64,000 nt of DNA, from positions 1-64,000 of the forward strand of contig JAZDFD010000028.1 in assembly GCA_043808155.1 (NCBI GenBank). Reading direction: 5' to 3'. Shown here in pieces: positions 10,384 to 19,005 of the stretch (position 1 is its first letter; each line of letters begins with the position of its first letter). The translations under genes were made by a program, and so were the position numbers. Source of the stretch: Candidatus Iainarchaeum sp. (GTDB lineage Archaea > Iainarchaeota > Iainarchaeia > Iainarchaeales > JAZDFD01). Under the pieces are notes generated by a model. That model worked only from the letters and a program-made list of their open reading frames with translations, was not told the origin of the DNA and did no database searches.

Positions 10384-10944
10384 TTATCGCCTCACAAAAT
10401 AAACAAATGATGCAATGCATCCGCCTAAAATTGCTGTTGTAAACTGAAGAAGTCCCATTGCAGTAAGGAAAACTTCAGGAACTAATGAAAAGTAAAAGAG
10501 TGCTAATGTTACAGAAAATAAGAAAATTGCTTTTGCGAAGGATGCAGTTATTAATGAAACAAAGTAATTTTTCTGCATGTTTAATTTCAGTCTTTTAATT
10601 GCGTAAATGAAAATTGCGTTTGCAACCCAAATAAATGGCATGAGATACAACAAATAGAAACTTAATGGTCCGAAAATAAAGCCTGTTAAAAGAGCAGCGA
10701 TACTTGGGAGTATAATTAACGGAAGAAGTTTTTTGGTTCCAAAATACAAGGCACCTAAAACCAAAAATGCATTAACAAACGTGCCCACGATTAGCTGATT
10801 TGGGAGGGTATTTACGTGTCCCAAAAGTAATGGGAACATAAACACTGCTGACGCATAGAGCAAGAATTCAAGATTTTGAAACTTGTGTTTAAGTGTTAGT
10901 TTATTATCAAATATCGAAATAAAATTATTTGTAGCCATGCACAC
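10384..10944 (-). CDS. Membrane protein, ECF S-component-like
   Basis: About 6 TM segments; NQLIVGTFVNA and QFTTAILGG patterns. Confidence 0.55.
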   Translation of the reverse strand: MCMATNNFISIFDNKLTLKHKFQNLEFLLYASAVFMFPLLLGHVNTLPNQLIVGTFVNAFLVLGALYFGTKKLLPLIILPSIAALLTGFIFGPLSFYLLYLMPFIWVANAIFIYAIKRLKLNMQKNYFVSLITASFAKAIFLFSVTLALFYFSLVPEVFLTAMGLLQFTTAILGGCIASFVYFVRR

Positions 10945-10986
10945 AATAACATCAAGCTTTTATATAATATTTTCCTTATATTAGCC

Positions 10987-12075
10987 ATGGGATTTAATGC
11001 AATCTTAAAAGAGCAGGAAATTGGGAACAAGATATTAATCGCCCAGGTAGCGCCTTCAATAAGAGTTTCAATAGGCGAAGAATTTGGAATGGCTACAGGC
11101 ACAATAGTTACAAAGAAATTGGTCGGGGCGCTCAAAAAAGCTGGTTTTCATTATGTTTTTGATACTGCAACATCGGCAGACATTGTAACATTAGAGGAAA
11201 CACAGGAGTTTATTGAACGTAAAAAAAATGGCGGTCGCTTACCAATTTTCACATCATGCTGTCCTGGTTTTGTGAGTTATATTGAACATGCACATCCCGA
11301 ATATGTTGATAATCTTTGTTCATGCAAAAGCCCGCAGGAAGTAATGGGTGCACTGATTAAAACATACTTCGCAGAGAGAAAAAATATTGACCCAAAAAAC
11401 ATATTTGTTGTTTCAATAATGCCCTGCATGATAAAAAAAGCAGAAGCAAGACGACCTGAATTAAGATTTGACAGAATACCTCATGTTGATAAAGTTTTAA
11501 CAACAGTTGAGTGTGCAAACTTTCTGAAAGAAAAGGGAATTGATTTGAAAAAGGCAGAAGAGAAAGATTTTGATTCGTTATTGGGAAAATCAACTGGTGC
11601 GGGAAATATTTTCGGTGCAACAGGCGGAGTTATGGAATCTGTTCTGAGACTTTATTCAAGTATGAAAGACAAAAAAATGGGAAAAATTGAATTCAAAGAA
11701 GTTCGCGGAATGGATGGTGTTAAAGAAGCAACTGTTAAAATTGGAAATGAAAAAATAAAAGTTGCTGTAATAAACGGACTGAAAAATGCAGCACAGATTT
11801 TGAATGATTCTGAAAAATTAAAAGAATTTGCAATTATTGAATGTATGGCTTGTGCAGGCGGGTGTGTTGGTGGTGCTGGTCAGCCAAAAACAACTATTGA
11901 TAAAGTTGATCTGAGAAGAAAGGCACTTTACAAAGTAGATTCAGAAAAGAAGGAAAGAACATCCAGTGAAAATACTGCAGTTAAAAAATTATATTCAGAT
12001 TATCTTGAAAAACCCGGAAGCGAAAAAGCAAAGAAATTACTTCATACAAAATATCTAACATTCTATGAAAATTGA
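10987..12075 (+). CDS. hydA: Minimal [FeFe]-hydrogenase (H-cluster domain only)
   Basis: L1 TSCCPG, L2 MPCMIKKAE, L3 ECMACAGGCVGG; AQVAPSIR and FGATGGVME; no N-terminal ferredoxin domain. Confidence 0.92.
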   Translation: MGFNAILKEQEIGNKILIAQVAPSIRVSIGEEFGMATGTIVTKKLVGALKKAGFHYVFDTATSADIVTLEETQEFIERKKNGGRLPIFTSCCPGFVSYIEHAHPEYVDNLCSCKSPQEVMGALIKTYFAERKNIDPKNIFVVSIMPCMIKKAEARRPELRFDRIPHVDKVLTTVECANFLKEKGIDLKKAEEKDFDSLLGKSTGAGNIFGATGGVMESVLRLYSSMKDKKMGKIEFKEVRGMDGVKEATVKIGNEKIKVAVINGLKNAAQILNDSEKLKEFAIIECMACAGGCVGGAGQPKTTIDKVDLRRKALYKVDSEKKERTSSENTAVKKLYSDYLEKPGSEKAKKLLHTKYLTFYEN

Positions 12076-12109
12076 AATTCGGAAAAATGAAAATTACGTT
12101 TATTTCATT

Positions 12110-12985
12110 TTATTTTTTGTTCTCGTTATGATTTTTGCGTTTTTTTAGGAGTAGGTATATGTTGGTAGGAGAATAGCCTGTTTTTTCTGCGATTTCAGAA
12201 ACAGTATACATTGGCGTACCATCATTATTTTTCGTATTTGCTAATTTCGCCACATAGTTCTGTCGGTAGTCTCTTTCAATTTCTGCTTTTTTTAGGATTT
12301 GACTCACTCCTTTTTTAGTTATTTCTGTCATTCTACCTATTTCTTCCAAAGTATAGGTTGGTTTTCTTGTTTTTATATTGTGTAGTGAGCCGAGGCGGAT
12401 GATTTCTTCTGTTTTTGGATTTGGTTTTCTTCCTCTTAATGCTAGTCTTTTAATTTTTGCGTTTTTTAGGATTCGGTATATGTTGTTAGGAGAATAGCCT
12501 GTTTTTTCTGCGATTTCAGAAACAGTATACATTGGCTTACCATCATTATTTTTCGTATTTGCTAATTTCGCCACACGGTCCTGTCGGTAGTCTCTTTCAA
12601 TTTTAGCTTTTTTTAGGATTGGGACTATTTGACTAGTGGAATAGCCTGTTTCTTTTGCGATGTCTGACAGTGTATGGGTTGGTTTTCCTTTTTTTACATC
12701 GTGTAATGAGCCTAAGCGAATTACTTCTTCTTGCGGTGGGATTAATTTCATTGTAGATCGGGGTGATTTGCGTTGTCTTTTAAATCCTTCTTTAAATAGG
12801 ATTTGCCTTACTCTTTCGCGAGAGATGGGGGGGGATACCATCCTGCCTATTGTTGCATGAGAATATTTTGGTCTTTCTTTGCTTATGTTGAATATTGAAT
12901 TCAAGCGAACTATTTCTTCGTTTCTGGAAAGAAAAATTAATTCACGTATGTTAAATTTTTTATATATTTTTGGTCTTATAGGCAC
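12110..12985 (-). CDS. Basic protein with about 5 tandem helix-turn-helix units
   Basis: Repeated YT(V/L)SEIAEKTGYS...I...LK units; DNA duplication with 321 bp period (12154 vs 12475). Confidence 0.7.
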   Translation of the reverse strand: MPIRPKIYKKFNIRELIFLSRNEEIVRLNSIFNISKERPKYSHATIGRMVSPPISRERVRQILFKEGFKRQRKSPRSTMKLIPPQEEVIRLGSLHDVKKGKPTHTLSDIAKETGYSTSQIVPILKKAKIERDYRQDRVAKLANTKNNDGKPMYTVSEIAEKTGYSPNNIYRILKNAKIKRLALRGRKPNPKTEEIIRLGSLHNIKTRKPTYTLEEIGRMTEITKKGVSQILKKAEIERDYRQNYVAKLANTKNNDGTPMYTVSEIAEKTGYSPTNIYLLLKKRKNHNENKK

Positions 12986-13052
12986 ATAATATTTATGTTT
13001 TGAAATTATTTAAGACTATCTTTAAAAAAATAAAAAAAGGAATCTGGAAAAA

Positions 13053-13121
13053 TTATTCCAGAGTGTAAAGAACTAATCCTGACCAGACTTTTGGATAAAA
13101 GAAAGTTGAGTTCTGAAGCAT
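13053..13121 (-). CDS. Putative 22 aa peptide in a small stand-alone transcription unit
   Basis: MLQNSTFFYPKVWSGLVLYTLE*, preceded by a 5' hairpin and TATA-like TTTTAAA, followed by a hairpin and poly-T. Confidence 0.35.
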   Translation of the reverse strand: MLQNSTFFYPKVWSGLVLYTLE

Positions 13122-13281
13122 TTTCTCGCCTGTTCCGGAAACAGCCCCTAATTCCTGAACAGGTAACTAATAAAAATAAATGATTTAAAATTATCTCAAA
13201 TCATAAAGCAGAATTGCAAATATAAGATTTATTAATTAATCCCATAATAAATTATCTACGAAAATAGGGGGCTGTGATAAT

Positions 13282-14622
13282 ATGGATTTTGAAAAAATAG
13301 GTTTGCGAGTGCCTAAAATTTTACTTCCAAAAAACGGGATTGACATGACAAAATGGGCTGTGATTGCCTGCGATCAGTACACATCACAAAAAGAATATTG
13401 GGACGAAGTTAATAAGTTAGTAAATGATGAACCATCAACATTACATTTAATATTTCCCGAAGTTTACTTGGAATCAGAAAAAAAGAATGAAATAGTCTGT
13501 AACATAAACAAAAATATGGACGAGTATATTGAAAATGGAACTCTTATTGAACAAAAAGAAGGATTTATTATTGTTGATAGAAAAACACCATCATGCGAAT
13601 CAAGAAAAGGGATGATTGTTGCCTTAGATCTTGAAAAATACGATTACAGAGAAAATTCTCAGACTTTAATAAGGCCTACAGAAGGAACAATTGTTGAAAG
13701 ACTAAAACCAAGAATAAAAATAAGGGAAAATGCAACAATGGAATTGCCACATATTATTGTGTTGATTGATGATCCTGAAAAAACAGTTATAGAACCGCTT
13801 TTTGAAAAAAACCTTGAAAAAATTTATGATTTTGAACTGATGATGGATGGCGGGCATATTAAAGGATACAAAGTGGACGATAAAGATACAATCAATCAAA
13901 TCGCAAATAATCTTGAGAAGCTTGCGAATCCCGAAGCATTCAATAAAAAATATGGCGTTTCAGACAAACCTATTTTGCTTTATGCCATGGGTGACGGAAA
14001 CCATTCGTTTGCAACCGCAAAATCAATATGGGAAAAATTGAAAGAAGAGAAAGGTGGATTCGAAGCAGTAAAAAATCATCCTGCACGTTATGCATTGGTT
14101 GAAATTATTAACATACACGATGACGGAGTTGAAATTGAACCAATTCACAGAGTTCTTTTTAATATAAATCCCAATAATGTGCTTGAAGCAATGAAAGACT
14201 TCTATGAAAAACAAGGTTCAGAAGTCACATACAAAAAAGTCGGAACATTTGATGAAATGAAAAAAGCGACTAAGCAATTAAAAAATCAAAATACGCAGGT
14301 TATTTCATTTGTAGCAGGAAATGAATACGGCGTTATATCCGTGAACAATTCACAATACAATCTGGAAGCAGAAACAATAGAAGTATTCCTTAACAGTTAT
14401 GTTAAGGAAAACAAAAAGGCAAAAATAGATTATATTCACGGAGATGGTGTTGTAACTGATTTGGGTTCAAAACCAAATAATATTGGGTTTTATCTCCCCG
14501 ACTGGTCAAAAAGTGAAATATTCAAAACAGTGATTTTCTACGGAGTATATCCGAGAAAAACTTTTTCCATAGGACATGCAGGGGATAAAAAATACTATGT
14601 TGAATGCAGAAAAATAGTGTAA
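13282..14622 (+). CDS. DUF1015 family protein
   Basis: KWAVIACDQYTS, IRPTEGT, AMGDGNHS and PRKTFS motifs. Confidence 0.85.
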   Translation: MDFEKIGLRVPKILLPKNGIDMTKWAVIACDQYTSQKEYWDEVNKLVNDEPSTLHLIFPEVYLESEKKNEIVCNINKNMDEYIENGTLIEQKEGFIIVDRKTPSCESRKGMIVALDLEKYDYRENSQTLIRPTEGTIVERLKPRIKIRENATMELPHIIVLIDDPEKTVIEPLFEKNLEKIYDFELMMDGGHIKGYKVDDKDTINQIANNLEKLANPEAFNKKYGVSDKPILLYAMGDGNHSFATAKSIWEKLKEEKGGFEAVKNHPARYALVEIINIHDDGVEIEPIHRVLFNINPNNVLEAMKDFYEKQGSEVTYKKVGTFDEMKKATKQLKNQNTQVISFVAGNEYGVISVNNSQYNLEAETIEVFLNSYVKENKKAKIDYIHGDGVVTDLGSKPNNIGFYLPDWSKSEIFKTVIFYGVYPRKTFSIGHAGDKKYYVECRKIV

Positions 14623-14686
14623 CGTCATATTACCGAGAAATGCCATCAACGTAAATTATATTAAAAGCAACAACGTATTATGTGAC

Positions 14687-15337
14687 ATGCACAAATATGA
14701 AAAAATGGCCATAATTCTTGTGGCTTTGATGTTTTTAGGCGCATTTATAGTCTATCCTATGCTCCCTGAAAAAGTGCCGATTCACTGGAATATCAAAGGC
14801 GAAGCAAACGGATATGGCGATCCTTTAGTCGGAGCGTTTATGTTCCCACTAATCGGGATTTTCATGATTCTTCTTTTTTGGTTTATTCCAAAAATTGCAG
14901 TTTTCAAAGAGAATTTGAAAAAATTTGAAAATGAATATTATTTGTTTGAATTGTTTATGATTTTGTTTTTTATCGTAATGTTCAAACTAACTTTGCTACC
15001 GAATTTCGGATTTGAGTTTAATATGTCATGGGCGATTATGCCTTTGATTGCAATTCTGTTTATTTTCATAGGAATTATAATGCCAAAATTTAAGAGAAAT
15101 TTCTTTATGGGCATTAGAACACCATGGACAATTGCAAATGATGTTGTCTGGGAAAAAACTCACAAATTAGGCGGAAAACTTTTCATTGCATTGGGTGTGA
15201 TTTCACTTATTGGTTTGATTTTACCTGATTTATTTTTGTACATATTTGTAGCGCCAGTTCTTTTGGTAGTTGCAATTTTGTTTGTTTATTCTTATTTAGA
15301 ATTTAAAAAAATCAATGGCGGACATGTTCAGCTTTGA
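14687..15337 (+). CDS. SdpI/DUF1648 family membrane immunity-like protein
   Basis: PEKVPIHWN and NFFMGIRTPWT...VWEKTH motifs. Confidence 0.88.
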   Translation: MHKYEKMAIILVALMFLGAFIVYPMLPEKVPIHWNIKGEANGYGDPLVGAFMFPLIGIFMILLFWFIPKIAVFKENLKKFENEYYLFELFMILFFIVMFKLTLLPNFGFEFNMSWAIMPLIAILFIFIGIIMPKFKRNFFMGIRTPWTIANDVVWEKTHKLGGKLFIALGVISLIGLILPDLFLYIFVAPVLLVVAILFVYSYLEFKKINGGHVQL

Positions 15338-15353
15338 ACAGAGGGGTCTTAAC

Positions 15354-15764
15354 ATGGACTTGAAGAAATTTTTAATTTCAGGAATTTTAGCAGGAATTGC
15401 AATTTTTATAGTTAGTTTTATTTTTGATTATCTTGTCGGAATGTTTTTCCCTTATGACAGTTTCACATTGGGCGGGATGCGTGCAATGGAAGACCCGATG
15501 ATGATGTTTTTCTTTTTGAATCCGTGGGTTCTGGGATTTTCAATGTCAGCAGTATATCACTATGTGAAAGATTCATTCAAGGGAACGACTATGCAGAAAG
15601 GAAAATCATTCGGATTGTTGGTGTGGTTAGTTGCTGGTTTGCCAAGTGCATTCATAGTGTACACAAGCATGAATTATCCTGTCAGATTTACAATAAGTTC
15701 AATTTTTGGAAGTCTTTTGTACATGGTTGCAGGTGCAATAGTAATTGCAAAGTTTATGGAATAA
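15354..15764 (+). CDS. Hypothetical 4-TM membrane protein
   Basis: Four hydrophobic helices; ATG at 15354 follows a GAGGGG RBS. Confidence 0.7.
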   Translation: MDLKKFLISGILAGIAIFIVSFIFDYLVGMFFPYDSFTLGGMRAMEDPMMMFFFLNPWVLGFSMSAVYHYVKDSFKGTTMQKGKSFGLLVWLVAGLPSAFIVYTSMNYPVRFTISSIFGSLLYMVAGAIVIAKFME

Positions 15765-15816
15765 CCATTAAATAAAGAAAAAAGTATAAATAGACTTTTA
15801 CACATAGGGTTACTGT

Positions 15817-16761
15817 ATGGCTTCGAATCTATTTCCCACAATTAAATTCTCAAATGGAGAACTTGTGATTTACGGATTTGCACACGGGTTTTCAATAGAG
15901 GGTGCCACGGGACTGGAAATAATATCACGCAGAGTAAAAAATGCATTGAGGACTGCTTCCAAAAAATTCAGTCCAGACGATTATTTTATTGTGGAGGGAT
16001 TTGATCCCGAAATTTATGCAAAAGCAGCTTCAGAAACCGAAATGCGTGATATGAGAGAAGGCACAATTGATAATATGGCCCCAATTGTAAACCCACTTTT
16101 GCCAAAAGACGCAATTGTTGAATTTCCAGAACATTATATTTTTGATTTATCTGGGGGAACAGATCCTGGTGGAATAATGGAACGGAAACTACTCGATATC
16201 ATTGCTGAGGCGACAGGCAAAGAGCTCAGCTCTGGCGGTGAAGTTACAAAATTAAAAGAAGGTGATATTTTTCAGGGCAAACAAAAGGAAATTGAACTAT
16301 TGGTAAAAGCAGGGTTTGACAGAAAGGCTGCAAAGACATTTATTGAAAGCAGAACAACATTTAGAAGTCTGCTTCTCAGTGTAATTGCCAGAAACAGACA
16401 ATTGGCACTTGGAGGAACGACCAGGTTGTTTTGCGGTTTCGTTCACTCATCAGAAATTGAAGCATTTTTAAAAAATCCAAAAATGGCAGGCAAATATATG
16501 GAAAAATGGGGATCGGTAAATAATGGCTTGTTTTCTGAAATCTATGGTCATGTTAATCAATCAAACAATGTAATTGATAGATATTTTACACTGCATTCCA
16601 AAGGCCTTGAACCAAGAGAAAAAGGTAATTTGATGAAATTCTGCTCATTAGACCTTGAACAGAATTATCTCGAACATGTAAGAACGAATGCTCACAAACC
16701 AAGACCCTTTGTAGGTTTTATTGATATACCAAGATTCCGCAAAAGACCAAGATTAAAATAA
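15817..16761 (+). CDS. Hypothetical protein, possibly TIKI/TraB/EreA-like fold
   Basis: Spaced motifs IYGFAHG, FIVEG, FRSLL and LFCGFVH; basic C-terminus. Confidence 0.5.
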   Translation: MASNLFPTIKFSNGELVIYGFAHGFSIEGATGLEIISRRVKNALRTASKKFSPDDYFIVEGFDPEIYAKAASETEMRDMREGTIDNMAPIVNPLLPKDAIVEFPEHYIFDLSGGTDPGGIMERKLLDIIAEATGKELSSGGEVTKLKEGDIFQGKQKEIELLVKAGFDRKAAKTFIESRTTFRSLLLSVIARNRQLALGGTTRLFCGFVHSSEIEAFLKNPKMAGKYMEKWGSVNNGLFSEIYGHVNQSNNVIDRYFTLHSKGLEPREKGNLMKFCSLDLEQNYLEHVRTNAHKPRPFVGFIDIPRFRKRPRLK

Positions 16762-16825
16762 ACTAAAAATAGTGATGGGTTTTGATTTTTAAATCTTTCC
16801 AAACAAAATTGATTAAGATGTTTCT

Positions 16826-16890
16826 GTGCGAACACAAAGTGTGAGCACGTCCAACCTTGTGTTGGACACAAGCTCGAGGATTGAGCCTCG
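16826..16890 (+). repeat. Hairpin-module element abutting the 5' end of tRNA-Asp
   Basis: Three hairpins; CAAGCTCGAGGATTGAGCCTCG is identical to the copies at 26590 and 60116. Confidence 0.85.
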
Positions 16891-16891
16891 T

Positions 16892-16963
16892 GCCCTTGTA
16901 GTCTAGTGGTTAGGATGCTGCCCTGTCGAGGCGGCGACCCGGGTCCGAATCCCGGCGGGGGCG
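16892..16963 (+). tRNA. tRNA-Asp(GTC)
   Basis: Cloverleaf with GCCCTTG/CGGGGGC acceptor stem, CTGCC-CT GTC GA-GGCGG anticodon arm and CCGGG-TCCGAAT-CCCGG T arm (T loop has C in place of U55). Confidence 0.93.
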
Positions 16964-17082
16964 TATAGTGCTGCCGAAGGTGCACGGATTGCCAACGAAT
17001 CCTTTCGTTGCGGCGGGGGCGTATAGTGCTGCCGAAGGTGCACGGATCTCCACCGGATCTTTCCGGTGTGACGGGGGCGCCA
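16953..17082 (+). repeat. 58 bp period tandem repeat of the tRNA 3' end with variable hairpins
   Basis: Identical 37-mer at 16953-16989 and 17011-17047; third partial copy CGGGGGCGCCA at 17072-17082. Confidence 0.9.
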
Positions 17083-17156
17083 GCATGTTTGGAAGAATGA
17101 CTAAAAGGAAATATTTATTAGTAGAAAAAACATTATTTTAAGAATGAGGTGATTTT

Positions 17157-17681
17157 ATGAAAAGATTTTTGATTGTTTTGATGTTGCTGATGCTTTCAAC
17201 AACTGTGTTGGCTGCACAGCAGGGAAATCATAATGGAAATATGCTAAATGTTGGAATTGAATATAAAAATTTCAACGGATTTATGGATTATTCACATTTA
17301 GGATTGGGCAATTTGCCAATATATTATATTGGACAGAATATGAATTATAGTATTTCAATAGAAAATGGTAAGAACAACAAGTACAATCATTTAGTGATGT
17401 TAGTAACGCACAGAGAATATGAGTCTAAGGCGTTGCAGCCAAATTCTGAAATAGATGAATTTTCAGGGTTGCCTTACCACAATAGAATCTATCTTGAAGA
17501 TTTTAGAACTTCGGAGAAATTTGATTTAAGTTATTGGGTTCCATCTAATGCAACTCCTGGTGCAGGGCAGACAGATGTTATAATTTACAGAGCATATGAT
17601 TGGACTAGCGATAATGAAGGAAATGAATGGAGTTATGGACGGATTATTCTCGAGAGAACATTGGGTTATTTTTGTCCTTAA
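17157..17681 (+). CDS. Hypothetical secreted protein
   Basis: Signal peptide MKRFLIVLMLLMLSTTVLA; GAGGTGA RBS. Confidence 0.7.
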   Translation: MKRFLIVLMLLMLSTTVLAAQQGNHNGNMLNVGIEYKNFNGFMDYSHLGLGNLPIYYIGQNMNYSISIENGKNNKYNHLVMLVTHREYESKALQPNSEIDEFSGLPYHNRIYLEDFRTSEKFDLSYWVPSNATPGAGQTDVIIYRAYDWTSDNEGNEWSYGRIILERTLGYFCP

Positions 17682-17760
17682 AGGGAATTAAGCAGATTTA
17701 ATTCCGCTTTTCGATTATTTTTGAGTCTCATTCTTAAATATTTTTAAGTTTATTTAATAC

Positions 17761-18969
17761 GTGAAAAATATGAAAATCCCAGCAGCAAAAAGAACTGAGA
17801 AACTGACTCATGCAATAAGGGATGTTGTTACTTTAGCACAGGAAGAGGAAAAGAAAGGAAAGAAAATTCTCTATCTGAATATTGGGGATCCTAATGTATA
17901 TGATTATGAAACCCCTAAGCATATTGTAGATGCTATTTTTAAAAATGAAAAAACGCATGAAGGTTATTCACACGCATTAGGAGAATTAAGTGCAAGAGAA
18001 GCAGTTTTCAGAGAATGCGAAAGAAACGGAATTAAAAATCTGGAATTAGATGACATAGTTTTAACTGTCGGCGGGAGTGAAGGGATTAATTTTGTGCTTA
18101 GTGCATTGCTGAATTCAAATGATGATATTTTGATTCCGAGTCCGGGTTATTCATTATACAATGCAGTTTTGAGATTGATTGGTTGTGAGGAAAATTCATA
18201 TTATTTAGATGAAGAAAACAACTGGCAAATTGATGTTGATGAATTAAAGAAAAGAAAAACAGAAAATACAAAAGCAATTGCAATTATAAATCCAAACAAT
18301 CCAACTGGCGGGGTTTATTCAAAAAAAACACTGGAAGAAATAATTGATTTTGCAAATGATAATGATTTAGTAATTGTGAGTGATGAAACTTATGATAAAC
18401 TGATTTTTGATGGAATGAAACACAATTATTTAGGGAGTATGACAACAGATGTGCCTGTGATTACATTGGGCTCACTAAGCAAAAATTATTTGATGCCTGG
18501 TTACAGAGCAGGTTGGATTGCATTTTCTGCACCTGAAAATAGATTGAGCGAAGTAAATGAAGCAGTGAAAAAATTATGCAAATGCAGACTTTCAAATGTT
18601 AATCCAGTCCAGCCAGCGTATAAAGCAGCTTACGAGGGTCCCCAGGAACATCTGAAAGATTTGGTTGAAAAACTGCAGAAGCGAAGAGACATAGCATATA
18701 AGAGATTAAATGAAATTGAAGGACTTTCATGCATTAAACCGCAAGGCGCATTTTATGCTTTTCCAAAAATTGAAGTCCCTGTGAAATCAGATAAAGACTT
18801 TGTTTTGGATTTGTTAAGAACAAAAGGCGTGCTTACTGTTTTTGGTGCAGGTTTTGGGCAGAAAGAAGGAACAAATCATTTCAGAATTGTTTTTTTACCG
18901 AATGAAGAAATTCTTTCAAGTGCATTTGATAAAATTGAAGAATTTATTAAAGAAAAGTATTTGAAGTGA
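17761..18969 (+). CDS. PLP-dependent class I aminotransferase (alanine aminotransferase-like)
   Basis: LNIGDP, INPNNPTG, SDETYD, SLSKNYLMPGYRAGW and PQGAFY motifs. Confidence 0.9.
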   Translation: MKNMKIPAAKRTEKLTHAIRDVVTLAQEEEKKGKKILYLNIGDPNVYDYETPKHIVDAIFKNEKTHEGYSHALGELSAREAVFRECERNGIKNLELDDIVLTVGGSEGINFVLSALLNSNDDILIPSPGYSLYNAVLRLIGCEENSYYLDEENNWQIDVDELKKRKTENTKAIAIINPNNPTGGVYSKKTLEEIIDFANDNDLVIVSDETYDKLIFDGMKHNYLGSMTTDVPVITLGSLSKNYLMPGYRAGWIAFSAPENRLSEVNEAVKKLCKCRLSNVNPVQPAYKAAYEGPQEHLKDLVEKLQKRRDIAYKRLNEIEGLSCIKPQGAFYAFPKIEVPVKSDKDFVLDLLRTKGVLTVFGAGFGQKEGTNHFRIVFLPNEEILSSAFDKIEEFIKEKYLK

Positions 18970-19005
18970 GTTTTGAAAAGATAGGGGCAAAAGCCAAAAT
19001 GGATT

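Noticed and set aside
13100-13165. TPP riboswitch resemblance on the minus strand (AGGGGCTG...GGCGAGA)
   Set aside because: Lacks the CUGAGA core and the downstream ACCUGAU/pyrophosphate-sensing helix
13282-14622. Functional link between DUF1015 and the hydrogenase through serine supply
   Set aside because: An unrelated gene lies between them, and nothing in the sequence supports co-regulation
16692-16985. 97 aa minus-strand ORF
   Set aside because: Antisense shadow of tRNA-Asp and its flanking elements
16953-17082. CRISPR array interpretation of the 37 bp repeats
   Set aside because: Only two full repeats; the spacers are 21 nt and homologous to each other; the repeat includes the tRNA 3' end; there are no cas genes in the window
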